Assembly (NCBI RefSeq): GCF_018350175.1
Contig: NC_058368.1
Span: 133,302,001 to 133,366,000, forward strand
DNA length: 64,000 nt
DNA from: Felis catus
Lineage: Eukaryota
Direction: 5' to 3'
Shown here: positions 1-12,629 of the stretch, one piece after another
How the letters are laid out: every line of letters starts with the position of its first letter
How positions within the stretch are numbered: position 1 is the stretch's first letter
Notes under the pieces: generated by a model
The model's input: the letters and a program-made list of their open reading frames with translations, nothing else
Databases searched by the model: none
What the model was told of the DNA's origin: nothing
Made by a program: the position numbers and the translations under genes

Positions 1-499
1 TTGGAGACATTACCTCATCAATCTTCCCTTAGTCCTTGGGGAGAGATGGGGTCAAGCGTGATAGGGAAGAGAAAGCAGACATCAAGCTTTTCTCTTCACG
101 ATGTGACTCAGAGGCATGGACCCTGGTTCAGAGACGAACGTGGACTCCTGAGTCCATGGTGGGGCTCCTGCACCTATGAGAAGGCATTAGGGAAGTAGCT
201 CCTTTCTTACAGTGAACCCCCTGTTTGTGATCCATACGGTGGATTCAAGGACCTTCTGGTGGTAGTTCTGTTCTTTGTCTCTCTCTTTCCCTATAATTTC
301 TTTAATTTCCCAGCATATCCCAGATCCTTTTAGAGTTTAACCCAAACATATAAACTATCTTATTTTGTCCCCTCAATGTCATTTTGTGTTGTGCATTCTC
401 TTTGTCTAAACTGTAAACTTTTTATGACACGGATGGTACTTTATGATTTTTGCTGCCCAGCACGGCACAACACCCACCCACCTCTCACTACCTCACCCC

Positions 500-685
500 T
501 CCTCCCTCTACTCAGCATGATTCTTCTGACTGCTTAGTGTGTGTCGCCCCCTGTAGATTGCAACTTCCTTAAAGGCGGGGAATTTTGGTTCATTTTTGCT
601 TCTCAAGTGCCTTGAATGGGGTCTGGTACATAGCCTAGGAGGCCTTAGGAATGACTAAGTATTCATGGAAGGAAAGAATGAATAT
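500..685 (+). mobile_element. L2 LINE 3' end fragment (old)
   Basis: Degenerate L2 tail: tagattgcaacttccttaaaggcggg...ctggtacatag...gaatgaat. Confidence 0.55.
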
Positions 686-788
686 TTGTAGGAGGAGCTC
701 AGTTACAGTGCAGATGTGTGCTTGCTAAGTGACCCAGCACAAGATCACAGTTGACAGCTTTTGGGTTTATAGAGATGGCGAGCCTATT

Positions 789-1027
789 TTATTTTATTTT
801 GTTTTGTTTTATTTTTTTAATGTTTGTTTTTGAGAGAGAGAGAGAGACTGAGAGACAGAGCACAAGCAGGGAAGGGGCAGAGAGAGAAGGAGACACAGAA
901 TTTGAAGCAGGCTCCAGGCTCTGAGCTGTCAGCACAGAGCCCGACATGGGGCTCGAACCCATGAACCGTGAGATCATGACCCAAACCAAAGTCAGATGCT
1001 CAACTGACTGAGCCACCCAGGCGCCCC
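789..1027 (-). mobile_element. Can-SINE (SINEC_Fc type)
   Basis: Minus strand reads GGGGCGCCTGGGTGGCTCAG head, B-box GGTTCGAGCCC, GCTCAGAGCCTGGAGCCTG, (CT)n and A-rich tail. Confidence 0.95.
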
Positions 1028-1244
1028 ATGATGCACCCATTTTAAATAGAGAATAGATGAAGGAAGCACAGAAATATAAACTGAATGTTGCCTGGCATGG
1101 AAGAGGGCTTTTCATTCCAGATGATGTAGAAGAATGGACCATGTAACAGAGGTACTAGGGAGAGTGCCATTGAAATGCAAATACGGAATAGGACACTGTG
1201 CATATGCATAGACTGGAAGAGTCTCAACATTAGCAGGATTCTAG

Positions 1245-1320
1245 GTGAGTAAACAAGGTTTCAGAGAGATGCAGTAATTTACTTAAAGTGCCACAGCTAA
1301 CTAACGTCTGAGCTGATTTC
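1245..1320 (-). mobile_element. MIR fragment
   Basis: aggtgagtaaacaaggtttcagagagatgcagtaatttacttaaagtgccacagcta resembles the reverse MIR core. Confidence 0.6.
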
Positions 1321-1365
1321 TAATCAATACAGCATATTAAATGATCTTTAACAAATTTTAACTCA

Positions 1366-1484
1366 GGGGTGCCTGGATGGCTCATTTGGTTGAGCGTTCG
1401 ACTTCGGCTCAGTTGGTGATCTCGTGGTTCATGAGTCTGAGCCCTGCATTGGGCCTTGCACTGACAACATGGAGCCTGCTTGGG

Positions 1485-1522
<38 letters not shown>

Positions 1523-1592
1523 TCTCTCTCTGCTCCTCCCCAGCTCGCATTTTCTCTTTCTCTCTCAAAATAAGTAAATAAACTTAAAAAAA
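1366..1592 (+). mobile_element. Can-SINE
   Basis: ggggtgcctggatggctca head, (CT)n, aaaataagtaaataaac tail; degenerate TSD aaattttaact/aagttttaact. Confidence 0.95.
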
Positions 1593-1801
1593 GTTTTAAC
1601 TTAAAAATATATCTACTAGGGCCCACATCTGGTAAGCTTCCATGGTTTCTCAGAATCCCCAAAGTATCTTAGCTAATTCTATAGTTAGTGATTGTGTAAA
1701 ATCAAGTGCGGCATTTTGTACAGCTTCTGGTTGTATCCATTCGAACCAAGTTAATCTGGTTTGGGTAAACAAGGCAAACCTTAAAGAAAGACAGAAGTTC
1801 C

Positions 1802-1835
1802 AAAAAAATAAATGAATAAAATTTAAAAAAAGAAG
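1802..1835 (+). mobile_element. Tail-only retro-insertion (A-rich tail between TSDs)
   Basis: Perfect direct repeat aagacagaagttcc at 1788-1801 and 1836-1849 flanks aaaaaaataaatgaataaaatttaaaaaaagaag. Confidence 0.65.
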
Positions 1836-2672
1836 AAGACAGAAGTTCCTAATATTAAAGAGTACCTAGGTACCAATCCATCTGAGCCAGTAGATGCTAA
1901 GAATTGCCTACTGCCTGTGAATGCACGAATAATCACCCTGGCAGGGTGCTCTTCAGGGCCTGCTTTGTGGCTGTCTTTTGAAAAGCTGAGCAGGGATAGA
2001 ATCAGGTGCTTGCTACCAGGCTGACAGCTTGAGCACTGCTTCCTGATAAGGAGCAGGGCAGGATTGCTGTGCACTTCCCCTGTGTGGGCTCTGAACTAAG
2101 GGTAATGATTTCCTTCTCTACTCAGAGCTCATGGTAATCCCTGCCTGTAGCATGTCTTTCTGATCTCCTCTCCTCTAAGGCTGGTCGTGTGAACAGAAAA
2201 TAACCCTGGAGTGAACCCAAGAGGTTCCCAAACAAAGTAAAACCTCCCTTTCAACAATAGGAATCAAGTTGATACTCTTTGTGTTAATACACTACTTATA
2301 CTATGAAAATATTAACTTTGGTATTATAGGTTCATTCTGGAATAGAGTACTAGAAATACGTCTTTCTTAGTAGGAAAAGTTAGTGCCAAGGGACTGCTCA
2401 TTACCAATGGTTCCTTGTTCCTTCTCTCTTCTCTGTATTCACTCTTTTATCCATCCTTTTCTCTTGATGCCCCTTTCCTCTTTGCCTTCCCCTCTTCCCT
2501 CCTCCCACTTTCCCTTTCTACTCCACTCTCACCTGAGTCTTAGGTCTGCCTGGGACACTCACAGCCACCTGAAGTCTGTCAGCAGCAGGCAGAGAAGTTC
2601 CTGGCTTCTCCATTTGTCACAATGTGCTTCAGTAGGGTACTTTCTCTTTATTCAGATAGAATATCCAAGGCT

Positions 2673-3126
2673 GTGGTCTCCTGTTGCTGCTGTCCCAAAT
2701 TACCACAAACCCAGTGGCTTAAGACAACACAAATTTATTATCTTATGTGTGGAAGTAAAGAAGTCCTAAAAATCAAAGTAGCACCAGGGCTGAGTTCCTT
2801 CTGGACAATCTATCCCTGTGCCTTTGCAGCTTCTAGATGAATTTCTTGCCTTGTGATCCTTTCATCTTCCAAGCCCGTAGTATAGATCTTCAAGTTTCTC
2901 TCCCTCTCATTCTCTCTCTCTGCTTCCATCATCACATGATGGCTTCTCTGGCTCTAGCCCTCCTGTTTCCTTCTTATAAGAAGGAAGAATCACATTTGTG
3001 ATTCTATTGGGTCTACTCAGATAAGCCAGAATAGTCTCCCAGTCTCAAATTCCTTAATCACATCTGGAAACTCTGTTCTGCCTTGCCACATGGACATCTT
3101 TGGGGGCCATTATCTTTTCGACCACA
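2673..3126 (-). mobile_element. MaLR solo LTR (MLT1C/D-like)
   Basis: gctgctgtcccaaattaccacaaacccagtggcttaagacaacacaaatttattatctta...ends accaca (reverse of the tgtggt LTR start). Confidence 0.85.
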
Positions 3127-3349
3127 GCTATGAAGCCAGTGGCCTCACAGGCAGGTTACTGACTTGAACATTCTCATTTAAAGAACAAGCAGCTTTACAT
3201 CCTCTTGTGGGAACAAGCTCAGTTTCTGACAACAAAACAGATGAAACACATGAGTGGGGTCTTGCCAACAGACAAGACTGTAGTTGCCTGTGGGTGAATT
3301 TGTCTCCAGTGGTTTGGTTTGGGGAAAGATGGAGCAGCAAGTATGGTCA

Positions 3350-3570
3350 AGCAGAGCTTTGGAATAACCCGGGCTCCGAGTTTGAAATCTAGCTCTCTGG
3401 CATCTGCTATAGGATCTTGGGTGTGTTTTCTTAATTATAAGCAGAACTCTGCTTAATTACAAAATGGGTATGGTAATTCTTTCCTCATAGGGTTGGAAGA
3501 CTAATACAATTATGTATATAATATGCCTGCTATGGCGCCTGGCACATAGAGGATGTTTCATAGAAGTTAC
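3350..3570 (+). mobile_element. MIR
   Basis: gagtttgaaatctagctct...aaaatgggtatggtaat...gcctggcacatagagg. Confidence 0.7.
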
Positions 3571-3929
3571 TTCCTTTACCTCTTTCTTTGGTGATTCGAT
3601 TAAAGGTCAAGAATGAAATTGCAATGTGGCCCAAAGTAATTAGGTTGAGAGTAATCAAATAGATGCTGAGCAGTGGAATTTTAAAATAAACTCAGAGGAT
3701 ATACTTACACAATCCAATGGGAACTGACGGAATCTATTTCTTCTCCTCTGGCTTCATTCTAATTACATTTTATGTCTCTAAATTGAATGCGGATATGTAA
3801 GGGAAGACTCGACCTGTCTCATGTCTATACCTGAAGAATGGTAGACACATAACAAGTATTTCTCACTCTCAAGTTTCACCGATACACAACATCTGAAGAT
3901 TCAGTGGGTCTTTAGGAAGCATCCAGAAC

Positions 3930-4720
3930 AACCTCTCAACAAATGTCCGCACTCTTTACTTGTCTTTATTTAAATGCTTTCTGCAATAAGAAGTTCACAA
4001 CCTTTTGAGATAGTTCATTGCATTGTTGGCCAATTCTTATTAGAAAGTTCCTCTTGGGGTGCCTAGGTGGCAGAGTCGGTTCAGCGTCCAACTTCAGCCC
4101 AGTCATGATCTCACAGTTCGTGGGTTCATGCCACACGTTGGGCTCCATGATGGTGGTGCTTGGGATTCTTACTCTCTCCTCTCTCTCTGCCCCTCCACCA
4201 TTCATGCTTTTACTCTCTCTCAAAATAAATAAATAAACTTAATAAAATAACAGTCTGACAAAAGCATACACCATGAGCCTTGTCTTTTCTAAGTTAGAAT
4301 TCCAAGGTTTCTAAAACTTACTCTCATTTACTATTCTTTTTAGGTCTTTCCAAATCTTATGGCTGCCTTTCTGTTACTGTGCCCTAGTTTATCAATGTCT
4401 CCCATAAAATAAGTCATCCAGAGCTAAACAGAGTATTCTAGATGTGGTCAAATTAGTGCACAGTGTGCTGAGACTTTCATTTTTATTGGATCTGGCTGAC
4501 TTTTCCGTTGATGAATTGTAATTTCATCAGTTTTTAAAACATTAGTCTCATAGTTCTGTCATTTGCTTTATTCTGAGCTTGCAGTGAATCAATGCTCTAT
4601 AAACAAGCATGTCTTTTCCCCTATCCTTACTTGCCCCATTGATTTATTATATTGTTTGTTGTACAAACAATGTTAAAGAGGGTGGATATATATGAAATAG
4701 GTGATCCAGAATCTTACTGT
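3930..4720 (-). mobile_element. L3/CR1 LINE fragment, interrupted by a SINE
   Basis: Minus strand near 4420-4450 translates *PHLEYSV*LW, matching the CR1 ORF2 motif RPHLEYCVQFW; CR1-like cattgttggccaattcttattagaaagttc. Confidence 0.7.
4056..4248 (+). mobile_element. Can-SINE
   Basis: ggggtgcctaggtggcagagtcggtt head, (CT)n, aaaataaataaataaac tail. Confidence 0.92.
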
Positions 4721-4759
4721 GCCAGCATTTGCAGTTTTCAATTGTCCATACTCTTTTTT

Positions 4760-4942
4760 CCTTAAAATAAATTTTTTTTATTTGAGAGAGAGAGTGTGAA
4801 GAAGGACAGAGAGAGAATCTTAAGCAGCCTCCACACTCAGCATGGAACCTGATGTGGGGCTCAATCCTATGACCCTGCGATCATGACCTGAGCTGAAATG
4901 AAGAGTTGGATGCTTAACCAGCTGAGCCACCCAGGCGCCCCC
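4760..4942 (-). mobile_element. Can-SINE
   Basis: Ends tgagccacccaggcgcccc; TSD gtccata(c/t)tcttttt at 4744 and 4943. Confidence 0.93.
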
Positions 4943-6249
4943 GTCCATATTCTTTTTAAGTCCTCACTCATAAACTTCTACAAATTTTATATAGTTTCCA
5001 ACATTACCTAGAAAAATTTTCATATTCTCACTTTAAAGACTAACATGTTAACAACATTTTCCATGCCGTTACATTATTTTTATATCCAAAAATACATTAA
5101 ATTCCATAGTAAGATGTACCATATTTACTCAGCCATTCCCTATCTCAGACCTTGAAGTGTACATGTACATATACATATACATAAAATGTTTTGCCTTGGT
5201 GAGATTTTAACATAGTCCTTGAAATCAATGACTTTTTGGACCCAGATCAGGATTTTATGTTTCTCCGTTTTAAATATCCTTCTTTTTAGTTTTTATTCCT
5301 TGTGCAGATCACTTCTCCAGTCCCTCTGCTCTTAGTGTCACCTTTCAAGTCTAAACAAATATTTGAGAGAAGTAAGAATAAGACTTTAGGTTTTAATATC
5401 CACACTAATTCTACAATTACTTCATAACCGTCTCGACCGGCAATAGAAGCCTTTGTCAGTGCCAGCCTAAGAGCTCCTATTTCAGGGGCAGTTAGGAAAA
5501 CCATCCCTACCCTTAAATGCTCTTTTCTTACTGGCCAGCTGATGCCTGTAATTAATGGAGGCTGAATGGTTAAGTTCCTTGGCCGGGCTCTGGGTTACTT
5601 TCACTTACTACATTCCAATCTTGTTATGGAAGGCTCTCAGTGAATACTTAGTAGTAGAAGGAATGAAAAAACATAATTAAAGATAAGACTTAACAATTTA
5701 AATCAGCCTGGGGAGATACCGCTTCATTCACACTAATGAGTAAATTGCTGGTATTAGATATTTCCCTGGGCACAGGTTTTACTACAAGAAAGAAAGATTG
5801 TGAAGCAGTCTAGCTCTGTTGGAGAGTAGACAGTAATGTTTTGGGACACCTCAAACAGGTACATATAATCTTGCCCAGGGCCAACCTTGGACTTTACAAA
5901 CCCAGACTATTAGGGCTGTAACTAACCACAGAGACTTGGAATTTGTAAGACTCTTGGATACTACCCTCAAATGCATGAGACGTTTTACAGCCTTTTACAA
6001 TTTTTGACTTACCTGTTTCACTTGGGCTGATGCTACCAAACAAGAGAACTTGCCTTTCGTATTACTACAGAAACATCTAGTTGGGGGAGGGGAGCAGGGA
6101 GAACAACGGGAAATAGTAAAGACTTGGTAGCATCTATACTGAGCTCTGCTACATCTTTACTCAAGAGCTAACAGGGTACAGATGGTGGATTGATATCCTT
6201 TCCTGGTATTCATCATTCAAGTCAAGGCCTGACTTTTGAAAAGGAGTAT

Positions 6250-6362
6250 TAGAGTGGCCCACTGTCAGAGTTTGCCTAGGACTTTCCTGGTCCTAATCCT
6301 GAAAGTTCCACCTCCCTGGAGACCCTCAGGCCTGGGCAACACTGGAACAGTAGGTCACCTTG
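6250..6362. mobile_element. hAT-Blackjack MITE (MER81-like)
   Basis: Degenerate TIRs tagagtggcc...ggtcacctt; internal tttgcctaggact...ctgaaagttcc...ctgggcaa. Confidence 0.7.
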
Positions 6363-7273
6363 TCTGAGAGCTACCAATAGTCCTGACTAGATTCTCTGGG
6401 AATTAACTTGAAAAAAAGCCAAAGTTGCCCCATTTCTGTTGCCCGTTCTCAGCCTTCTGGCTGTGTCCCTTGGCAGTGGCCTATGGAAGCTAAAGGGAAA
6501 GTTCTTCTCTACCTCCCCTTTTTGGGTTGACTGTTAGTTTTGTATGGTGTGACCTAAGAAGTCGTGCCAAAAGAAACTTCCCTATCCAAACTTGTGTTCT
6601 CTACTGATCTGTCAACTTGACTGAGATACCTTTGGAGCCTAAATGATCATTCCTAGAAAATTATTTCTAGAGAATCATCGAGAATTATCACAAGTGCTAC
6701 TGCAGGTTAAGTCATTAGTATTCCCATTCAGATTTGTATGGGTAAGTTTTACAAACCATCACCTAAACAACGTTCTGAAATTAGGGGACAACAGATAGGA
6801 ATATTTTAATGGGCCAAAGCAATTAGTAAATCAGGGAATGGTGCTCTAGTAGAGGCCTCAGTGGTACTTTCTGTCTGCCCAGGGCAAGAAGAGGCACTGG
6901 CTCTCTTGCCAGGAAGTTATCAATTAATTATAATCCAACTTATAATGTATGTTGACTCTTCTTTAAGTTCCAGAATAGAGATACTCTCCATGTTACCAGC
7001 TCAGACTTCGAACATTTACATGATTAGTCAGATGGTGTTTTCCCTCTTAGCACTGCCCAGCTTCACTGCCCGCTTTGTGTGGGTCTCCTGATTAGACTAA
7101 CGTCAGATTAGACTAACGTCAGATAACCTCCTGGTGGCCAGCTATGTCTTTCTCTTCTTTTCTCTTTCCCTTCTGTTTTTGCTATTCGTAGACTAATTCA
7201 TTTCTTCTTCCCTCTACACATACTCTTTGTAACGTCTTCTCTTTTCTTCATTGACAGTTACCTCAGAAAAGTC

Positions 7274-7494
7274 TTTTTTTAAATATTTTTTTTTAATGTT
7301 TATTCACTTTTTGAGAGACGGAGACAGTGCGAGCAGGGGAAGGGCAGAGAGAGAGGGAAACCCAGAATCCAAAGTAGGCTCCAGGCTCTGAGCTGTCAGC
7401 ACAGAGCCCAACACGGGGCCTGAACTCATGAACTGTGAGATCATGACCTGAGCTGAAGTTGGACACTCAACCAACTCAGCCACCCAAGTGCCCT
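7274..7494 (-). mobile_element. Can-SINE (SINEC_Fc type)
   Basis: ggctccaggctctgagctgtcagcacagagccc; TSD gaaaagt(c/a)ttttttt. Confidence 0.95.
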
Positions 7495-7594
7495 GAAAAG
7501 TATTTTTTTCTTTTGATGTATGATTCCCTTTCCCTCCTTATGTCCCTTTGCAAGCATATACATTCCTGTATATGTATGTGTAGACATGAGATTC

Positions 7595-7598
<4 letters not shown>

Positions 7599-7638
<40 letters not shown>
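7599..7638. repeat. (CA)20 microsatellite
   Basis: Direct reading. Confidence 0.97.
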
Positions 7639-7640
<2 letters not shown>

Positions 7641-8227
7641 GATATCTATATCCTCACAGCTTGCTCATATATATCTGTTTCAAGTAAGAATGAGGGGCAG
7701 AGATTTGAAGTTAAATTCAACAAAATAAACCCTCAAGCCCTTCTATTTCTAGAGTATTTGAAAGTGCTCAGGAGCTTTTCTTCACAATTTTTATGAAAAT
7801 CTTCATCTGCCCCTTTATTCTCTACTATTTAACCAGCTTTTCCTCAAGCAGTAGTACTCAATAGAAATAATTTCCTACTCATTTTTTCTTCTTTTCTTTT
7901 TTTTCCCTTTACTTAAAAAATGATAACCAGCATCATAGCAGCAACTTTTTCCTCTTTTTGTTGTAAATCTAATGCATATGCAGCAATATTGCATGTTAAG
8001 CAAGGTTTTGTGGACTAGGTGGAGATATAAACACCATTTTATTAGGAATGATGAGAAACAGGGAAAGCAGGGGGTGAGGTGACAAATACAATGGGACAAG
8101 ATGTTTGAGATACTAACAGACACATGCACATTAGGCGTTTGAGCTGCGATCCTTTGCTTTTGGAAGCACCTCAGAAATCTAGAGACCTCAAATCTGGCAT
8201 GGGCTTGAAAATAGAGGGTGGAGGATT

Positions 8228-8470
8228 GGAGCACCTGGGTGGCTCGGTTGAGTGTCTGACTGTCGCTCAGGTCATGATCCCACGGTTTGTGGGTTCGAGC
8301 CCTGCGTCAGGCTCTGTGCTGATAGCTCAGAGCCTGGAGACTGATTCAGATTCTGTGTATCCCTCTCTCTCTGCACCTCCCCTCACCCCTGCCGAGCTTG
8401 TGCTCTGTCTCTCTCTCTCTCAAAAATACATGAACAGTTAAAAATTTTTAAAAAAGAAAGAAAGAAAAGA
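8228..8470 (+). mobile_element. Can-SINE (SINEC_Fc type)
   Basis: gcacctgggtggctcggtt head, gggttcgagccc B-box, (CT)n and A-rich tail; gaaaataga flanks both ends. Confidence 0.93.
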
Positions 8471-8659
8471 AAATAGAAGAGAGGGCCCCAGTATGTTCTG
8501 GCAAGTTCTCTCATATTCCACTCATTCTGGCCTGAGATCATAACACCTTCCAGACCATAAGGAAAAGGGGTATGTTGGTCTTGCCCTTCCCTGGGGCCCT
8601 GGCTGCTGGAGTGAGGAGGGCAGCTCTGGGCCATCTGGGTTCCAACCAATTGATTTAAA

Positions 8660-8790
8660 TCACATTTGTATGCCAGAGACTTCTTGTATTTTACAAAGGT
8701 CTTTTTATTAATTCACATGGCAAACCTGTAAAACGTAGCTATTATCACTATTTTATAGATGCTAAGTAATTTGCCCAAGTTAATAGTATA
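8660..8790 (-). mobile_element. MIR fragment
   Basis: attatcactattttatagatg...taagtaatttgcccaag. Confidence 0.6.
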
Positions 8791-8929
8791 TTTGACTTTT
8801 CTTTCTCCCTCAGCTCCAAAGAATCAAAGCCTTGTTGATTTTTGCGTCGGCAGACCACTCATGCTTGTTGATTCCTTTTCATTCCACTGTTAACCCTCCC
8901 CCCATTCCAGTCCTGGGTCACTTCATGCC

Positions 8930-9360
8930 TCCACCCCTACAGCCTCCCACCCACCCACCTGTCTCCATCCTGCCTTCAGCTTCAATGTGTCTAAACACCC
9001 AAATGTTGCTGCTAGGGTTCACTGTTAGATTCATTGTCATTACACTGCTCTAGCTGTATCATTTCCCTCTTCACACATTCGAGGACATCACCATCCTGCT
9101 GCAGGATCGTGACCAAACCCTTCAGCCTGGCATTCAGGGTCTCCTGCAGCATTTCCTCGGCCTACTCTTGCAGACTTAGCTCCCCACACCTGGCCTGACA
9201 GTCCAACTCTTCCATTCCTTTTACCTGAAAACTCTTGAACTCCACATTCATACTTCTGCTTATTATGTTTTCCGGCTGAAATTCCACCTCTTCTCCCCTC
9301 TACCCATCTCAATCTGTGCAGCTCAGACCTCACCCTTCTGTAAAAAGTCACCCTTAGGGT
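8930..9360 (+). mobile_element. L2 fragment
   Basis: caaacccttcagcctggcattcagggtctcc and other L2-like pyrimidine-rich blocks. Confidence 0.5.
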
Positions 9361-10049
9361 CTATACCAGCCCTCGAGTATTAATCATGTAGCTCCGACTG
9401 ACATCTCTGTCATTTCTGTTTAATATTGTTACTTTCCTCTTTATGGTTATGAACTTTTCATGAATTCCCCCATTTTTCATGTTTTTCCAGTTATATAGGC
9501 ACCTTGGAGGCACGAATTAGGTTTTCTACTGTTTTGATGTAGCAAGATAATATCTTGAAATATTAATCTTTGTGCTTTTGTTTTTCTCTTGTCCTTGCAA
9601 GTGACTTTCCCCCTCTCAGGCAGAGGCATCTACATTGCCTTGGGGAGAAAAATAGAAGCAAGAGAAAAATCCAGAAACTCTTCATGTTCCAGGTTTCCTT
9701 TTTAACTTCTGAAACAGATTTTTTGAGACTCAAAAGGGGAATGCTTTCTACTATAGCCAGAGTTTATACCATGACAGTGGAATTGGAAAGAGGGCCGGGC
9801 ATATCGCCCATGGTCCACTTGGCACAAGGAGGCCTGCATCTGCCTCAAGACTCTTCTGAGACCTAGTTAAAATGCTCTGTGTAGATACCTTCTACCAATA
9901 CCGCGATCTGGGACACTCCTAGAAACATGAACCCTGAAGGAGGGTGGAGAGCTTTGATACCCCGGGGGACATGGAGGTGGGAAAGGAAAAACCCAGCACG
10001 GAGACTTGGGAGGACACACATTGGGAAGCTCCTCCCTGTTACCTTGTAT

Positions 10050-10186
10050 CCTGTATCTGTGCTCACCAAGATGGTAGCCACTAGCCACGCATGAGTGTTG
10101 GATACTTGAAATGTGGTGTGTGTGACTAAGGAATTGAATTTCAATAACCATGTGTGGCTAATGCTTACCATATTGAACAGAGCAGT
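10050..10186. mobile_element. hAT-Charlie MITE (MER3-like)
   Basis: atggtagccactagccac...acttgaaatgtgg...tgtggctaatgcttaccatattgaacagagcag. Confidence 0.8.
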
Positions 10187-11307
10187 TCTAGAGTGCCTGA
10201 CCATAGTCTATCTGATTCCAGTGATTCACGGTGTCTAGCACCATTCCTGATGCATAGTAGGTGCTCAATAAATATTTTTAGTAGGAATTAATGATTCACA
10301 CATTTTAAAAGTAATACATACATGTTGACCACCAGTTCAAGATAGACCTAAAGTCTCTCGGCTTCAATGTTCTCTGTTCTACTGATCATACAGAAGCTCC
10401 TGTGGTTTGGTCCATTTAAAAAGCTTTATAGGAATTGATTTTTCTAGAGGTGTATAATTCCCAAACCATTGACATCAAAAGATAGCTAGCTATTTAGCCT
10501 GACAATCCCTCCACTGCTTTGAATCTGAAAGCACCTAGACCAAGCTTGCCAAAGCTTTAAATAACTCTCTCTGTACAACCCTAAAGGGAACTTGGGTAAC
10601 ATACTTTTTCACTCTTCCTGGTTGAGTTCAGTTTTGTTTCCTATTATATTTGTGACCTCATTGTCCCAGTTCTTCCCAGTCTGTGCATAAAGAGATAAAG
10701 TCATATTGATATTCAAGTGATAGCAGTGGCTTCAGCCCCTTGCTAGGTCTCTGTGTCCTTATCATGATTTCTACTGCCTTATATGAGAACACTCTTGAAC
10801 CAGGCATAGCCACTTGGCCTCAGGACCGCTTCAAGCCCCTGGGGATGTCCAGGCTCCAGCATGGAACAGGGCTGATCTTTGCTTTTCTACCTGGTCTCTG
10901 AAGCAGCTGCTGATACCTCAAGTCCCAATACAGGTTTCATTTTGTTTTGTTTGTTTTGTTTCAGGGAACATATATCTTGCAGCTTCTGGCTCTTCCCACT
11001 CCTTTGGGGATCCAAACCAGTTCTTTAGGCAGAAGGATGAGACTAAATTAAATAATCAACAAATAGCTGTGGATTCTATTATATATAAAAACTAATTTTT
11101 TTTCAGTCAGTAGATATTAAATATGCAGCATGCTGACTTCTCAGGCAAGACATCTTCTATGTCTGTCTTCTTCGTGCAGGACACCAGAAACTCCAGTGTG
11201 TCTCAGTTCGTGAGAAGATAGAGACCCATAAGGGTCATGCCAGCAGCCAGAGGATGAAACTTAGGTGGGGCGCATCTGGGAAGAATTACAAATCATTCCT
11301 TTAATCC

Positions 11308-11500
11308 AAAGGTGATCAAATCTTAGTGTGTATCAGAATCACCTAGAGGGATTATTATAACACACATTGCTGGGCTCCACCTGCAGAAGGCTCCACCTTG
11401 TTATGTAGTAGGTCTTGGGTGGGACCCAAGAATTTGAAGTTCCAACGAGTTCCCAGGTGGTACTCATGCTGGTCTGGAAAACACACTTGGACAACGACTG
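11308..11500. mobile_element. hAT-Charlie MITE (MER5A-like)
   Basis: tatcagaatcacctagaggg...cacattgctgggctccacc...gtaggtcttgggtgggacccaagaatttg...gttcccaggtg. Confidence 0.85.
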
Positions 11501-12129
11501 CCTTCATCATTTGGTGACTAGCTTTCTGGAAAATCAGCTTATGGAAGCCTGACAATTCTCCAACTTCACTTCATCTTAGTTTTCTCTTATTCTAAACCTT
11601 AGTCCATAAAGACCTTTCTTGCCTGAATCCAAGAAGACAACAACTTGGACGAGAATTCTCAGTACCTTCATTCTCAGTTCTAAAAAAAATTGTCAGTTTT
11701 TTTCAGGGTTTCTTTAAGCTCTCAGACATCTTGGTTTGTAGGTGGTAGAAAGCAGTGATTCACTGACGAATCAAGGCATTGAGCAGTTTGAGTAAATCTC
11801 TGTAATCTCACGGTAAGGACTTGACTAATTAGGCAGAGCTGTGCTCTATGAGCCCACAGGAATGAGTCCACTGTCAGATGGACATTGTTATCCTAAATTA
11901 TTCCAGAACAAGATTGGACAGTAGGACTCCCATGCTTGTCATAATTTGGGTAAAATTTCCCAAAAGCCGCAAAACGTTTACAAGGTTTAATTAATCCATT
12001 AGAAAATTCAGTTATCTTACAGATGTTTTATCCACATGACTTTAAAGGGTCAGCTGGGTAAAATTTTCAATATCACCAAATGTTTTTGCAACAGGAAAAC
12101 AAAGCTTCACTTAAAATATTTTAAGAACC

Positions 12130-12480
12130 TAGATTTTTCTCTATGCTTAATCACTCTTCTGGTCAATAAATTCTACTTTCCGTGATCAAATGTCACTGTT
12201 GCAATTTAACTCACTTCTTCTTGTTTCTATTTCGTATAGTGGGGGTGAGCACTACTGTTAATTATCTATTGGTAATTACTCTTAATTTATTTGAAGACAG
12301 TTAGTCACTCTTTATCTTTTCCTTTTTCATGCAAAATTACCTCCAACCCTTTAGAAAGCGTACCTCATAGATCCTAATTTCAATCTCCTTAATTTGTTCA
12401 TAACTGTCCTCTAAACCCTATTTTTCCCAGACCTTTTTTAAAAGCCCAGACCCAGACAGTGAATCCCTGGCTCCCGACAG
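12130..12480 (-). mobile_element. CR1/L3-type LINE fragment (very old)
   Basis: ttgcaatttaactcacttcttcttgtt...tatttgaagacagtta...ccagacccagacagtg resembles reverse CR1 3' ORF2/UTR. Confidence 0.45.
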
Positions 12481-12629
12481 ATGTGCCCTCTTCACATTGG
12501 CCCTGAGGAGTGAAGGTTCCTAATCCTGTGATTCCTGCACTCCCTGCCTTGTTGTGCTAAGACTCTATCCCATGCAATGGTCGAGCGTCAGGTTTGAGGA
12601 TCTTGGTGATGTTGCAGAATTCTGTTTTT

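Noticed and set aside
9570..9866. ORF segment VYTMTVELERGPG resembling the first strand of a PDZ domain
   Set aside because: The GLGF-type loop and the rest of the domain are absent, and the frame stops shortly after; most likely chance.
11742..11812. Possible exon (gtttgtAG ... cacg|GTAAGG)
   Set aside because: Weak pyrimidine tract and stop codons in all three frames; no support as coding.
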